Assembly: GCA_964482725.1 (NCBI GenBank) | Contig: CAYZYT010000005.1 | Span: forward strand, 88,133-152,132 | Source of the DNA: an uncultured bacterium | Lineage (GTDB): Bacteria; Omnitrophota; Omnitrophia; Omnitrophales; Aquincolibacteriaceae | Length of the DNA stretch: 64,000 bases | Reading direction: 5' to 3' | Part shown: one piece after another, positions 55,535 through 64,000 of the stretch | Layout of the letters: each line of letters opens with the position of its first letter | How positions within the stretch are numbered: the stretch's first letter is position 1 | Made by a program: the position numbers and the translations under genes | The notes under the pieces: model-generated | The model's database searches: none | The model's input: only the letters and a program-made list of their open reading frames with translations | Told to the model about the DNA's origin: nothing

Positions 55535-56761
55535 TCAGAGGTATTTCTGCACCGTATGAATGTCTTTATCGCCGCGGCCGGAAAGACACACGATCACGAT
55601 ATCGTTTTTCTTTATTCTAGGCATGAGCTTCGGAAGATAACCCAGCGCGTGCGCAGGCTCGAGCGCCGGCATGATTCCTTCAAGCTTTGTTAATAGATCG
55701 AATCCCTTGAGCGCGTCCTTGTCCGTCACGGCTTGATAGTCCACGCGTCCCGAATCTTTCAAATACGAATGCTCCGGCCCCACGGACGGATAATCCAGAC
55801 CCGCCGAGATCGAATGCGCCAACTGCACCTGGCCGTTCTTGTCCTGAAGCAAATAACTCTTCATGCCATGCAAAATGCCGGGCCTTCCCTTCGTGATCGA
55901 TGCCGCGTGATGCGCGGTGTTCACCCCTTCGCCGGCCGCTTCGATCCCAAGAATGCGAACATTCCGATCCTTAAGGAACGGATGGAAAAACCCCATGGAG
56001 TTACTGCCACCGCCGACACAGGCTAAAAGATAATTCGGGAGACGCCCGACGGCCTTGACGATCTGCCGTCGCGTTTCCGTTCCGATCACTTCCTGAAAAT
56101 CGCGTACCATCCCCGGATAAGGATGCGGCCCCACGACTGAGCCCAACAGATAATGCGTGTCCTCCACATTCGTGACCCAATCCCGAATGGCTTCGTTCGT
56201 CGCGTCCTTCAGGGTCTTCGATCCCGAATGGACCGGCCGCACTTCCGCGCCCAGCAGCTTCATCTTGTAAACATTCAGGGCCTGGCGCTCGATATCCACC
56301 GCGCCCATGTAGACCACGCACTTGAGCCCGAACACGCAGGCCGCCGTCGCGGACGCAACGCCATGCTGCCCGGCCCCGGTTTCGGCCACAAGACGCGTTT
56401 TCCCGAGCCGTTTGGCCAAAAGCCCCTGGGCAAGCGTGTTATTGATCTTGTGAGCGCCGGTGTGGAGAAGGTCTTCGCGCTTCAGGAAGATCCTTCCGCG
56501 GCCAAAATGCGCGGAGAGATTTTTCGCTTCATAAAGAGGGGTTGGACGTCCGGCGTAGTTCTCGAGATAAGAACGCAATTCTTCCCGGAACTTCTTATCG
56601 CCTTTGATCGACTGATAAGCCGCGGTCAATTCTTCGCAGGCCTTCACAAGCGTTTCGGGAACATAGCGTCCGCCATAAGGACCGAAATGACCTTTCGCGT
56701 CTGGAACCTTTTTTATTCCTCCCGAAAAGCAACGCTGTCTTACACAAGGCTTCAATGTCAA
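55535..56761 (-). CDS. trpB: Tryptophan synthase beta chain
   Basis: PLP-binding region HTGAHKINN and GGGSNSMG. 408 aa. Confidence 0.92.
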   Translation of the reverse strand: MTLKPCVRQRCFSGGIKKVPDAKGHFGPYGGRYVPETLVKACEELTAAYQSIKGDKKFREELRSYLENYAGRPTPLYEAKNLSAHFGRGRIFLKREDLLHTGAHKINNTLAQGLLAKRLGKTRLVAETGAGQHGVASATAACVFGLKCVVYMGAVDIERQALNVYKMKLLGAEVRPVHSGSKTLKDATNEAIRDWVTNVEDTHYLLGSVVGPHPYPGMVRDFQEVIGTETRRQIVKAVGRLPNYLLACVGGGSNSMGFFHPFLKDRNVRILGIEAAGEGVNTAHHAASITKGRPGILHGMKSYLLQDKNGQVQLAHSISAGLDYPSVGPEHSYLKDSGRVDYQAVTDKDALKGFDLLTKLEGIMPALEPAHALGYLPKLMPRIKKNDIVIVCLSGRGDKDIHTVQKYL

Positions 56762-56821
56762 AATCCTCTCAGAGACCGGTCCGCAGCAACTGTCACGAAA
56801 TTTGATCTTCTAACGCGGGGT

Positions 56822-57685
56822 TCACACCTCAACCTCAGCAATATCCGAATCCTTCACCCAACCGCTCTCCCCGTTCGTTAAAAGTACACGGCTCCAATCT
56901 TCGCGCCGGTCCATCACAAACACCTTGATGCCTTCCCCCATGCGGAACGCGACCTGGTCCCGTTCCGACGGCCCGTAACGGGCTTCGCACTCTTTTTGCA
57001 TCACGATCGCATCCCGGATCACGTTGCTCTGAACCTGTTTGCCGAACGCCACAAGCGCCGCGAGTAAAAGCAAAATAAAAACAAACTGCTGCCATGGATT
57101 CCAGAAAACCCCGCGCCCGCTCAAAAAATAAAGAATCCCGCCGGCCAGAAAAACAAACAGAAACGCGAGAGCTACAACATAGATTTCTTTCTCGGTCGCA
57201 TATTTAAGAACGACCTCCGTGGCCTTCAAGTACCAATTCCGCGTATCCTCGACACGATATTCCAGGAGTCCACGCGTGTAACGCAAATTCGCCCGGATGT
57301 CTCCGTTCCGGGGATCGAGACGCAGAGCTTTTTCATAATTCAGGATCGCCTGGCTCAATTTCCCAAGCCGCACATAGGTATTTGCGAGATTATAATAGAA
57401 TACCGCCATACGGGGTTCCGCAGCGATCAAGGACTCATAAAGCTCCGAAGCTTTCGCGTAGTCTCCGGTCCGGTAGCTCGTGTTGGCATCCTGAAAGAAC
57501 CTTGAAGCCGGAGTCTCCGCATGCACCGCGGGCGCAAAACATAACGCGATCCATAAAAAGAACGTCAGCCGTTTCATCCCGTTAGAAAAATCAACGCCTT
57601 TCTTCAAAGTGCGCATCCCCGTCATTCTCGCACACGTTGCATTGAATGGAACCGTTATGAAATTTATTTTTCTAACGGGATTCAT
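56822..57685 (-). CDS. TPR-repeat protein with a C-terminal SH3b-like domain (BatE-like); signal peptide present
   Basis: TPR units (YRTGDYAKASELYESL...NLANTYVRLGKLSQAILNYEKALRLDP) and a C-terminal SGWVKDSDIAEV SH3-type ending. Confidence 0.5.
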   Translation of the reverse strand: MNPVRKINFITVPFNATCARMTGMRTLKKGVDFSNGMKRLTFFLWIALCFAPAVHAETPASRFFQDANTSYRTGDYAKASELYESLIAAEPRMAVFYYNLANTYVRLGKLSQAILNYEKALRLDPRNGDIRANLRYTRGLLEYRVEDTRNWYLKATEVVLKYATEKEIYVVALAFLFVFLAGGILYFLSGRGVFWNPWQQFVFILLLLAALVAFGKQVQSNVIRDAIVMQKECEARYGPSERDQVAFRMGEGIKVFVMDRREDWSRVLLTNGESGWVKDSDIAEVEV

Positions 57686-59601
57686 TTCCGCATCCTTTCG
57701 ATCCGGTTCACCGTATCCTGGAAGATCTTGAGTCCGATCTTTTTCGACGCCTGCGGGATCGAGCCCTTTCCAAAACGGAACTCATCACAAAGACGGTAAA
57801 GCGCAAGCACGTCTTTCAGATAGGCGCTCTCCGCCCCGAAGTGCGCGGTCAAAGTCTCGGCCAGATCCTGCCGCGTCACACCGTGAGTCGAAAGATTCCA
57901 CTTGTCCGTGATGTATTGGATCATAGCCTTTTCAAGGTCTGCAAAAAAGATCTCCGTATCTTCGTCCCTCGAAGAGTGAGCGAGTTTCTTGAGTTTGTTA
58001 ATGTTGGCCGCCGCGGTCCCTCGGGCCGTCTTCCGACGCCTGAGAGCGTGATCTTTTGAAAAAAGACGGTCCTGACGATCCTTCATCCAAAGCACCACGA
58101 GCAACGCAAAAAGGGAAAGATCTCCCCCCAGAAGGATCGTGTAGGCCCCATCCACCGCGTGCGCCGGAATAGCCTCGGGATTTTTTTCGTTGATATAGCG
58201 GATATCCTTCCCTTCCGACTTGACCTGTTTTTGAAAAATGGCATTGCCGGCAAGCTCCTGCGGCATCTGGAAATTCTGCTCGGAATGCTCCACCTGGATC
58301 GGAAAATTCGGGGTCGTCAAGGTCACGTATTTTTCCTGCCGGGGATCAAAAAAACTGAACTCGATCGGAGGAACAAAAGAATCCCCCTCCTCCTTCGGGA
58401 TAAAAACGACCTCAAAGCTCTTCGTGCCCCCGATCACGTTCTCGGTCTGAAAAAGTTTTGAATTAGTGTCGGAGTCATAGGTCTTAAAACCCGTAAGCGC
58501 CGGAACTTTCGGCCGCGTGATCGTCTCAATATTGCCTTCCCCCTCAATGACCATTTTTAGCGTCACAGGCTCATTCTGCTTCACCTTATCCCGATCGATC
58601 GTGGCCGAGAGACGGAAGTTCCCCACCGCGCCCTGGAAACTTGCCGGCTTGCCCTTTTCCGGCAAAGCCTTCACCACAAGCTGGATGGGCGGAGGCGAGA
58701 GCAAGCGATTCTGTCTCCGCGCAAAAAAAGCGCCGCCCGTAAAAAAGCTGTCGCTGAAAAATTCATCGAAAGCATTCGACCCTTGCTGCTCTTCGCGGAT
58801 CGAGACCTTCAGACTTCCGGGCTGGATCGTATAGTTGCCGGGGGCGGTCGGGAAAAGAGCGAGTTTTTTCACGTCGGCCTTCACATAACGCTTGCCGTTC
58901 ATGCGAACCGTCTCGCGGGCGACATCCCGATCCATCGGAAATTCCTCGATCCAAAACCCGCTCGTCTCAGGTTCTTTGTCAAACCCTTCATACCGTGTGT
59001 CATAGCGGGTGTAAAGGGAATAGGTCAAAAGCATCTGCTCGTTCTGAAAAAGGGTCTTCCGATCCACCCATGCCTGGACGAAAATGTTGTCATCCGTCCC
59101 CGGAGACACCGAAACGGCCCGATCCTGATCGACCGGTTGCGTTACCGGAGGGGAAAACCGCGCAGGCTGCTGCGTTGCCACACGTTGCGGCGCGACTTGC
59201 GTCTGCGCCATCTGGTTCTGGCCTCCCGAAACTTCAATCACAAGAGGCTCGGTCCGAAGGACCGTCTGGCCCGACTGAACTTCCACCGGACTCAGAGTGA
59301 AACGTCCGGCCCTTTGTGGGATGAGCGTGTAGCTGAACTCGACATTTGCAGAGGTCATCCCGTTGACGACCGAGATGTGTGAAGCGCGACCGGTATAGTA
59401 GGTTTGAAAACCATCGAGTTGCGAAAGTCTCGGCGCCTGAAGATTCATACTCTGCCCCGTGACGCGGATACTGAGCCGAACCTCTTCCCCGACCTGCACC
59501 GATCGCTTGCTCAGAGTGGCGGACACACGAACTTCCTCGGCCTGAAGGGACGGGGCAAAAACACCCCAGAGAATGAATGCTGTTAAAAGGATTTTTTTCA
59601 T
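57682..59601 (-). CDS. Secreted protein with a C-terminal TM anchor (BatD-like), translationally coupled to the TPR/SH3b gene
   Basis: N-terminal signal peptide (MKKILLTAFILWGVFAPSLQA), about 640 aa, and C-terminal TM (LFALLVVLWM). Gene order resembles a Bat-type pair. The assignment is tentative. Confidence 0.45.
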   Translation of the reverse strand: MKKILLTAFILWGVFAPSLQAEEVRVSATLSKRSVQVGEEVRLSIRVTGQSMNLQAPRLSQLDGFQTYYTGRASHISVVNGMTSANVEFSYTLIPQRAGRFTLSPVEVQSGQTVLRTEPLVIEVSGGQNQMAQTQVAPQRVATQQPARFSPPVTQPVDQDRAVSVSPGTDDNIFVQAWVDRKTLFQNEQMLLTYSLYTRYDTRYEGFDKEPETSGFWIEEFPMDRDVARETVRMNGKRYVKADVKKLALFPTAPGNYTIQPGSLKVSIREEQQGSNAFDEFFSDSFFTGGAFFARRQNRLLSPPPIQLVVKALPEKGKPASFQGAVGNFRLSATIDRDKVKQNEPVTLKMVIEGEGNIETITRPKVPALTGFKTYDSDTNSKLFQTENVIGGTKSFEVVFIPKEEGDSFVPPIEFSFFDPRQEKYVTLTTPNFPIQVEHSEQNFQMPQELAGNAIFQKQVKSEGKDIRYINEKNPEAIPAHAVDGAYTILLGGDLSLFALLVVLWMKDRQDRLFSKDHALRRRKTARGTAAANINKLKKLAHSSRDEDTEIFFADLEKAMIQYITDKWNLSTHGVTRQDLAETLTAHFGAESAYLKDVLALYRLCDEFRFGKGSIPQASKKIGLKIFQDTVNRIERMRK

Positions 59602-59634
59602 ATAAAGGTCACTTGGACGGGTATTGTATAGGAA

Positions 59635-60591
59635 TCACAACGCAATTTCAAACAACGAGTTAAGTAAGGTACGCTTTAATGACAGTGTCTGGAGCAGTCG
59701 CTCGAGTTCCCCGGGAGTTTTCACTCGCGCGTGGAGCTCGAATCCGGACTCTTCAAACCCCTGAACAGGCTCCAAGCGAAACTCTTTGGCATCGCGAAGA
59801 ATATCCGCCCGTCGCTCCTCGAAGGCTTCGAGATAAAGCGCATACCCCGGAAAACGTAACCGCTTGACGCGAGCAAAGAACCGGTCCGCTTTCGTGCGCG
59901 GGTCCATACCGCGAACGTCCAACTTTGCGAGGAGCTGATGCTCCCGGCAAAGTGCCCGGAGGGATTTCCCCGTCCCCTTCATGAGATCCGCCAACCATTC
60001 TCCGGACTGAGACAGCTGGGAACTCGTCAGCCTCACTTGGGCCCCGATCTTCTGAGAGAAATAATCCTGGTCGTCTCCCGAGAATTTCAAAAAAGATAAG
60101 ATCCCTCGAAGCGGTAAAGACCCGTCCTCCACAAGGTCCTTGAAGGACGTTTGAAATCGATCCGCCTTTCGGTAAAACTCTAGCAAAGCCTTATCTCCCG
60201 GGAGTCCCAGTAGAGGCATGACCCCAGAAAGGATCTCAGTATCTTCAAGGTGGAATTCCCGGGCCGCCATCCCAAGCGCCCGAGCCCGATCCATGTCCGA
60301 GCATCCCTGCTTCCAGTTGGAAACCAGATTCAAAAGAAAAGCTTCCTTCGGCTCCATGGCCTCCGCGACAAGCACCGGCACTTCCTTCATCTTCAAACCC
60401 TGCGCCGCAAAGAGGCGCTTGTGGCCCACGATAACGACCGGACGCTCCGCATGCGTTACCACGAGCGGCATCAGAATCCCAAAACGTTTCAACGAAGCCT
60501 TGAGAGCGTCATCCCGAAGACGATACCGAAAGCAATGCGGCATGCCCTTGGAGAGCTTGGAGATCTTCAGGACTTTATCGTAGCGAGCCAT
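59635..60591 (-). CDS. ParB/Srx-like N-terminal nuclease-domain protein
   Basis: ILMPLVV...VIVGHKRLFAAQGLKMKEVPVLV resembles the ParB N-terminal box (GERRxxAA...VPAIV). Confidence 0.45.
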   Translation of the reverse strand: MARYDKVLKISKLSKGMPHCFRYRLRDDALKASLKRFGILMPLVVTHAERPVVIVGHKRLFAAQGLKMKEVPVLVAEAMEPKEAFLLNLVSNWKQGCSDMDRARALGMAAREFHLEDTEILSGVMPLLGLPGDKALLEFYRKADRFQTSFKDLVEDGSLPLRGILSFLKFSGDDQDYFSQKIGAQVRLTSSQLSQSGEWLADLMKGTGKSLRALCREHQLLAKLDVRGMDPRTKADRFFARVKRLRFPGYALYLEAFEERRADILRDAKEFRLEPVQGFEESGFELHARVKTPGELERLLQTLSLKRTLLNSLFEIAL

Positions 60592-61691
60592 TCCTTCTCC
60601 AATTGTGAGGTAGAGATCCCAAGCACTTCCTCGATCGCCTGTTCCGCGGGCTTCCCTTCCTTGAACTTCACCAGGATCTCTTTCATTCGGTACAGTTGAA
60701 AACGCTCCACCAGATAGCGAACAAGCACGAACACCTCCTGGTAAAAAAGCGCGACCTCCAGAGGGTCCATCTTGTCTATTTGCAAACTCTCGGAAAGGAG
60801 CCGGCTCATCGGCATGAGGGCCTGCGTCCGAACGGCCGCGTTAAAAACCGTCGTATCCACCGGCTGGACCTTATTTTGCTCATATTGAGCCAGACCTTCA
60901 TGGATCCAGGCCGGAGCACGCGCCCCACTCAGGGCCGACACGAATGCGTGGGTCATCTCGTGAACTGCGGCCGACCGCAAGTCGGCCTCTCTAAAACCCT
61001 GGCGATAGGCCGGAAGCCGAATTTTCCCGTCATAGAGCCCCCCCACCCACAAGGATTGTCCGGTCACAGCATGAAAATCTTTCCCGGAATAAAAAAGAAC
61101 CGTGGTCTTATGATTGAAATAAGCGCCGAAGTCCTGCGAGATCTGGCGGTACACCTCCCGCAAGAGGGTCTTCAACCAATCCCCTTCGTAGCCCTGCTCG
61201 CCCTTCCGGTATTTGATGATGAAGTGCTCTTCATCGTAAGTATCGAGATCTTTTTCGACTAAATTTTCTTTTTGGATCTTTTCGATCTTCTGGCGCAACC
61301 GTGTCGAGGGGCTCACGAGATAACTTTGTTTATAAAAATTTTCAGCCTTTTTAAAATTCTGTTGGAGATTCTCGATCTCCCCCAGAAGCTCCAGGGCCAA
61401 GGCGTTCCTCGGCTCCAGCGAAAGCGACTCATTGAGCGCATCGCGGGCCAGCTCGAATTCATTTTTCTCAAAGAACTTAACCGCGTCATTATAAAGCTCG
61501 ATCGCCATAGGCGTCATCGGCGCACGCCCGCCCTTCCCGGCGTAAAACCTCTCGATCTCGATCTTTTGCCGGCGTTCCACCGTCTCTTTGCCGCGGTCAT
61601 CCCCGTTGGGGGCGGCATAGGTACAATCTGCAGCAAGAAAAATCAAAAACGGTAGCGCAACGCACAACGCGCAACGCGCAACGATTTTCAT
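60567..61691 (-). CDS. Secreted TPR-containing protein with an HExxH zinc-metalloprotease-like motif. The start is probably the MKIVARCAL Met, not the upstream track start at 61787.
   Basis: Signal peptide (ALCVALPFLIFLAADCTYA), TPR-like segment, and HEMTHAFVSAL...EGLAQYE (HExxH + E). Confidence 0.5.
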   Translation of the reverse strand: MKIVARCALCVALPFLIFLAADCTYAAPNGDDRGKETVERRQKIEIERFYAGKGGRAPMTPMAIELYNDAVKFFEKNEFELARDALNESLSLEPRNALALELLGEIENLQQNFKKAENFYKQSYLVSPSTRLRQKIEKIQKENLVEKDLDTYDEEHFIIKYRKGEQGYEGDWLKTLLREVYRQISQDFGAYFNHKTTVLFYSGKDFHAVTGQSLWVGGLYDGKIRLPAYRQGFREADLRSAAVHEMTHAFVSALSGARAPAWIHEGLAQYEQNKVQPVDTTVFNAAVRTQALMPMSRLLSESLQIDKMDPLEVALFYQEVFVLVRYLVERFQLYRMKEILVKFKEGKPAEQAIEEVLGISTSQLEKEWLATIKS

Positions 61692-61693
61692 AA

Positions 61694-62878
61694 TCACGAG
61701 CCTCGAGTCTCTGGTCTCTGGTCTAAAGTCGGGTGTTTGGCCATTTTCACACGTTTGCCGATCGACGGATGGTCGTAAAAAAACCACTCATACCAAGACG
61801 GCGGCTCCGGATCTGCGAGGTTCTGCGCACCCAGTTTCTCCATACAAGTAATGAAAACTTCCGGTGTCCCAAGCGCTTTTAATGCGAACTCATCCGCGGC
61901 CCGTTCCCGCCGCCTGGAATAACCGTTCATGATCGGCATCAGGATCAGATTGACAACATAAAAGATCAAGAAAAGCAACGGCAAGCCCGCCGCATCCGCC
62001 GTGGAATTCAAGGACAGCCCAGGGGCCAGCGCATTCATTCCAAAGAACCCGGTGGCAAACGCCATAAGCGAAGCCACGAGGCCAAACGCCAGCAGCCGCC
62101 AGATATCACGATTTTTGAAATGGCCCAGCTCATGCGCCACGACCACCTCCACCTCGGAATGCGTGAAGTTCTGAGTTAACGTATCGCTTAAAACCACGCG
62201 CTTGGTCCTCCCGAGTCCCATGAACGCCGCGTTCGCCTTCTTGGTCGTCTTGCTCAAATTGAGCGAATAGACGTTCCCGACCGGCATGTCAAAACGGGCA
62301 GCAAGTTTCAGAACTTTCGTCTCCAGTTCCTTATCTTCAAGCCTACCATACTTATAGAAAAGCGGGACGATCACAACAGGGAAAACCTTCCCGAGGATAT
62401 AACTCACGAACGCGTAAGCCGCCCAGGCCCAGACCCACCAGCTCCAAGGGAACTGTCGGATCAAAAAATACAAACATTCCAGAAGGACGAGCGACAACAC
62501 AAATGAAAGCAGCGTCTTCTTCCCGAGATCCAAAAGCCACTGGCCGAAGTTCTGGTTCGAGAGACCAAATTGGTGCTCCAGAACAAATCCGGAATAAAAA
62601 GAAAGCGGCAGATCGAAGATCAGAAAAAAAAGGGAAAAGAGAACAAAATAGACCGCGATAACACCCCACTCACTGACTCCGGCGAGCGCAATGGCGTTCT
62701 GCCGCATCCCGAACGTCCATCCGCTCGCGATCAGGATGCCGAGAAGCGCTGGCGTAAGGATAAGGTGGAAAAGCGTCAGCTTGCGCTTGATGCCTTGATA
62801 TGCCGCAGCTTGTTTCGATTGATCAGCCTGTATTTCCATATCGGCCCTCAGTGGCAGGTCGCATATCGTATGTCGCAT
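61694..62878 (-). CDS. M48-family (HtpX/Ste24-like) integral-membrane zinc peptidase
   Basis: Multi-TM N-terminus, VVVAHELGHFKNRD (HExxH) and downstream ERAADEFA Glu ligand. Confidence 0.8.
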   Translation of the reverse strand: MRHTICDLPLRADMEIQADQSKQAAAYQGIKRKLTLFHLILTPALLGILIASGWTFGMRQNAIALAGVSEWGVIAVYFVLFSLFFLIFDLPLSFYSGFVLEHQFGLSNQNFGQWLLDLGKKTLLSFVLSLVLLECLYFLIRQFPWSWWVWAWAAYAFVSYILGKVFPVVIVPLFYKYGRLEDKELETKVLKLAARFDMPVGNVYSLNLSKTTKKANAAFMGLGRTKRVVLSDTLTQNFTHSEVEVVVAHELGHFKNRDIWRLLAFGLVASLMAFATGFFGMNALAPGLSLNSTADAAGLPLLFLIFYVVNLILMPIMNGYSRRRERAADEFALKALGTPEVFITCMEKLGAQNLADPEPPSWYEWFFYDHPSIGKRVKMAKHPTLDQRPETRGS

Positions 62879-62932
62879 GTCGTCTGCACACCGCCGTCTT
62901 CCTATTTCGACATACGACCTACCACCTACGAC

Positions 62933-63679
62933 TTACTGTTTTTCGCTAAATTCCGTCATCACTCCCAAATGATCCGACGGCCAAATCCCATCCCGGGGTT
63001 CCTGGAACACCACCCGCGAAGCAAGGATCTTTTTGAAAGGCCCCGTCCGCTCCCGGATAAAAATATAATCGATGCGTCGCTCGGCCATCTTGACTCGTTC
63101 CGCTTCCGCATAGGGATTCCTGTAATCCCAGGTGAGTCCCGGATCGCCCGGATTTTTTGTCTGAAAGGTATCGCACCATTTCATCGTCTCCCGGAAATAG
63201 GCCACCGAGGGCGTCTCCGGTCCCGCATTAAGATCTCCCAGGAGCGCCACGGGGAGATTCGCGGCCATCCTCGCCGCAAACGCCTCAAGCTCCAGTGTCT
63301 GCTTCAGCCGCACCTCCTGCTCGTCCATTTTCCAGGAAAGATGCGTGTTAAAAAGAGCGATCTTCTCCCCACCCGTATCGACCTGCATATAAAAAGCATA
63401 CCGAAGGTAATCTTCGGTCGGCGACTGGGTCTTCATCACCAGGCATTCCTGTTCGACCGGCTTGAATTTCGAAAGAAAGATCAGTCCGGAGTGTTCGCCG
63501 CTCACCGCCAAGTACGGGTAACCGCTCCGCTCACGGACCTCGCGGGCCCAGTCCATGCTGAAAACTTCCTGAAAGCCGACCACATCGGCATCGTATCCCC
63601 GAAGCCCCCGGAAGATCAGTTCCCAGCGCTCACGCCACGGGCCACGTTCCTGCCAAGTATTTAAAGTGAGGATTTTCAT
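62933..63679 (-). CDS. Endonuclease/exonuclease/phosphatase (EEP) family protein
   Basis: N-terminal LTLNTW...VVGFQEV and C-terminal SDHLGV motifs. Confidence 0.8.
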   Translation of the reverse strand: MKILTLNTWQERGPWRERWELIFRGLRGYDADVVGFQEVFSMDWAREVRERSGYPYLAVSGEHSGLIFLSKFKPVEQECLVMKTQSPTEDYLRYAFYMQVDTGGEKIALFNTHLSWKMDEQEVRLKQTLELEAFAARMAANLPVALLGDLNAGPETPSVAYFRETMKWCDTFQTKNPGDPGLTWDYRNPYAEAERVKMAERRIDYIFIRERTGPFKKILASRVVFQEPRDGIWPSDHLGVMTEFSEKQ

Positions 63680-63761
63680 AAAAACGTGTTAAGTGGTAAG
63701 CGGTAAGTAAAATCATTCGCCAGCCTGGGCTCTTCACCTCTTACCCCTTATCACTTACAAC

Positions 63762-64000
63762 TTACCCCTGTTTTTGGTGTCTTATATGCTCCAATCTCCC
63801 GATCATTTCATGACGGATCTTTTCTTTGGCTTCGTCCATCGAACTGTCCTCAAAATCATCCAGAGATACGGGTTTCCCGATCGAGACGATGAACGTACTT
63901 TTCTTTTTTATCAGCCAGGATCGCTTGGGCAGCGCCTGACCGGTTCCGTCGACCACGACCGGAAGGATCTCGATCTTGTTGTCACGTGCGAGCTTGAAGG
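63762..64000 (-). CDS. Partial CDS (3' end only): probable lysophospholipid (PlsC-type) acyltransferase C-terminus, continuing beyond the window
   Basis: Frame is open to the window end (FKLARDNKIEILPVVVDGTGQALPKRSWLIKKK...). Weak family-level resemblance only. Confidence 0.4.
   Translation of the reverse strand, partial: FKLARDNKIEILPVVVDGTGQALPKRSWLIKKKSTFIVSIGKPVSLDDFEDSSMDEAKEKIRHEMIGRLEHIRHQKQG

Noticed and set aside
61696-61737. Sequence gtctctggtctctggtct near 61.7 kb, which initially looked like an intergenic REP-like element
   Set aside because: It lies inside the C-terminal coding sequence of the M48 peptidase ORF (...LDQRPETRGS*). It is kept only as a motif similarity to the trpB-trpA spacer.
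1-64000. CRISPR arrays, transposases, integrases and phage genes
   Set aside because: I found no short regularly spaced repeats with unique spacers, and no IS-like terminal inverted repeats or recombinase-like ORFs. The only repeats are the 2 x 83-bp tandem, the intragenic HEAT-coding repeats and short palindromes.

Overview
This is a GC-rich (~55%) bacterial chromosomal segment in which every credible gene lies on the minus strand.

The right-hand part (37.1-64 kb) is ordinary core and accessory genome. It holds tRNA-Ala(CGC) plus a degenerate tRNA-Ala-like copy, and a lipid-metabolism group: alpha/beta hydrolase, long-chain acyl-CoA synthetase and thiolase. A cNMP-binding patatin phospholipase sits next to a PilZ-YajQ-PilZ c-di-GMP effector cluster. 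Then come two SPOR-domain proteins, a GNAT acetyltransferase, a small histone-like basic protein, lepB, lepA, rpe, an M16 peptidase, ruvX, trpA and trpB. The remaining genes are a BatE/BatD-like pair, a ParB-like protein, an HExxH/TPR secreted protein, an M48 peptidase, an EEP-family protein and the 3' end of a PlsC-like acyltransferase.

The left-hand 36 kb is dominated by one giant minus-strand reading frame. It starts at ATG 36323, which has a GGAGAGGA RBS and a near-consensus sigma70 promoter about 100 nt upstream. At ten spot checks spanning 36.3 kb down to 7.5 kb the minus-strand coding frame has its codon-first base at position = 2 mod 3, i.e. one frame, and it reaches an in-frame TAA at 4232..4230. 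That gives about 32,094 nt, or roughly 10,697 codons. Immediately after that single TAA the same frame stays open to position 1, so the locus may be even larger, or an adjacent in-frame gene.

The giant protein has a signal/TM start, at least four polytopic transmembrane blocks, long Ala/Pro/Val/Lys/Glu low-complexity and coiled-coil tracts, and HEAT/PBS-lyase repeat arrays. Its C-terminal part and the downstream ORF carry nucleotide-sugar enzyme-like modules: a UDPGP-type nucleotidyltransferase motif, a HIT/GalT-like HIHF motif, a hexapeptide beta-helix and an SDR epimerase.

The supplied ORF track has no minus-strand entry in this frame. The long plus-strand ORFs there (for example 3528..7010) are Arg-rich antisense shadows. 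All reading of the giant frame was done by manual reverse-complement translation; I checked frames locally at about 10 sites but cannot exclude an internal stop that I missed.
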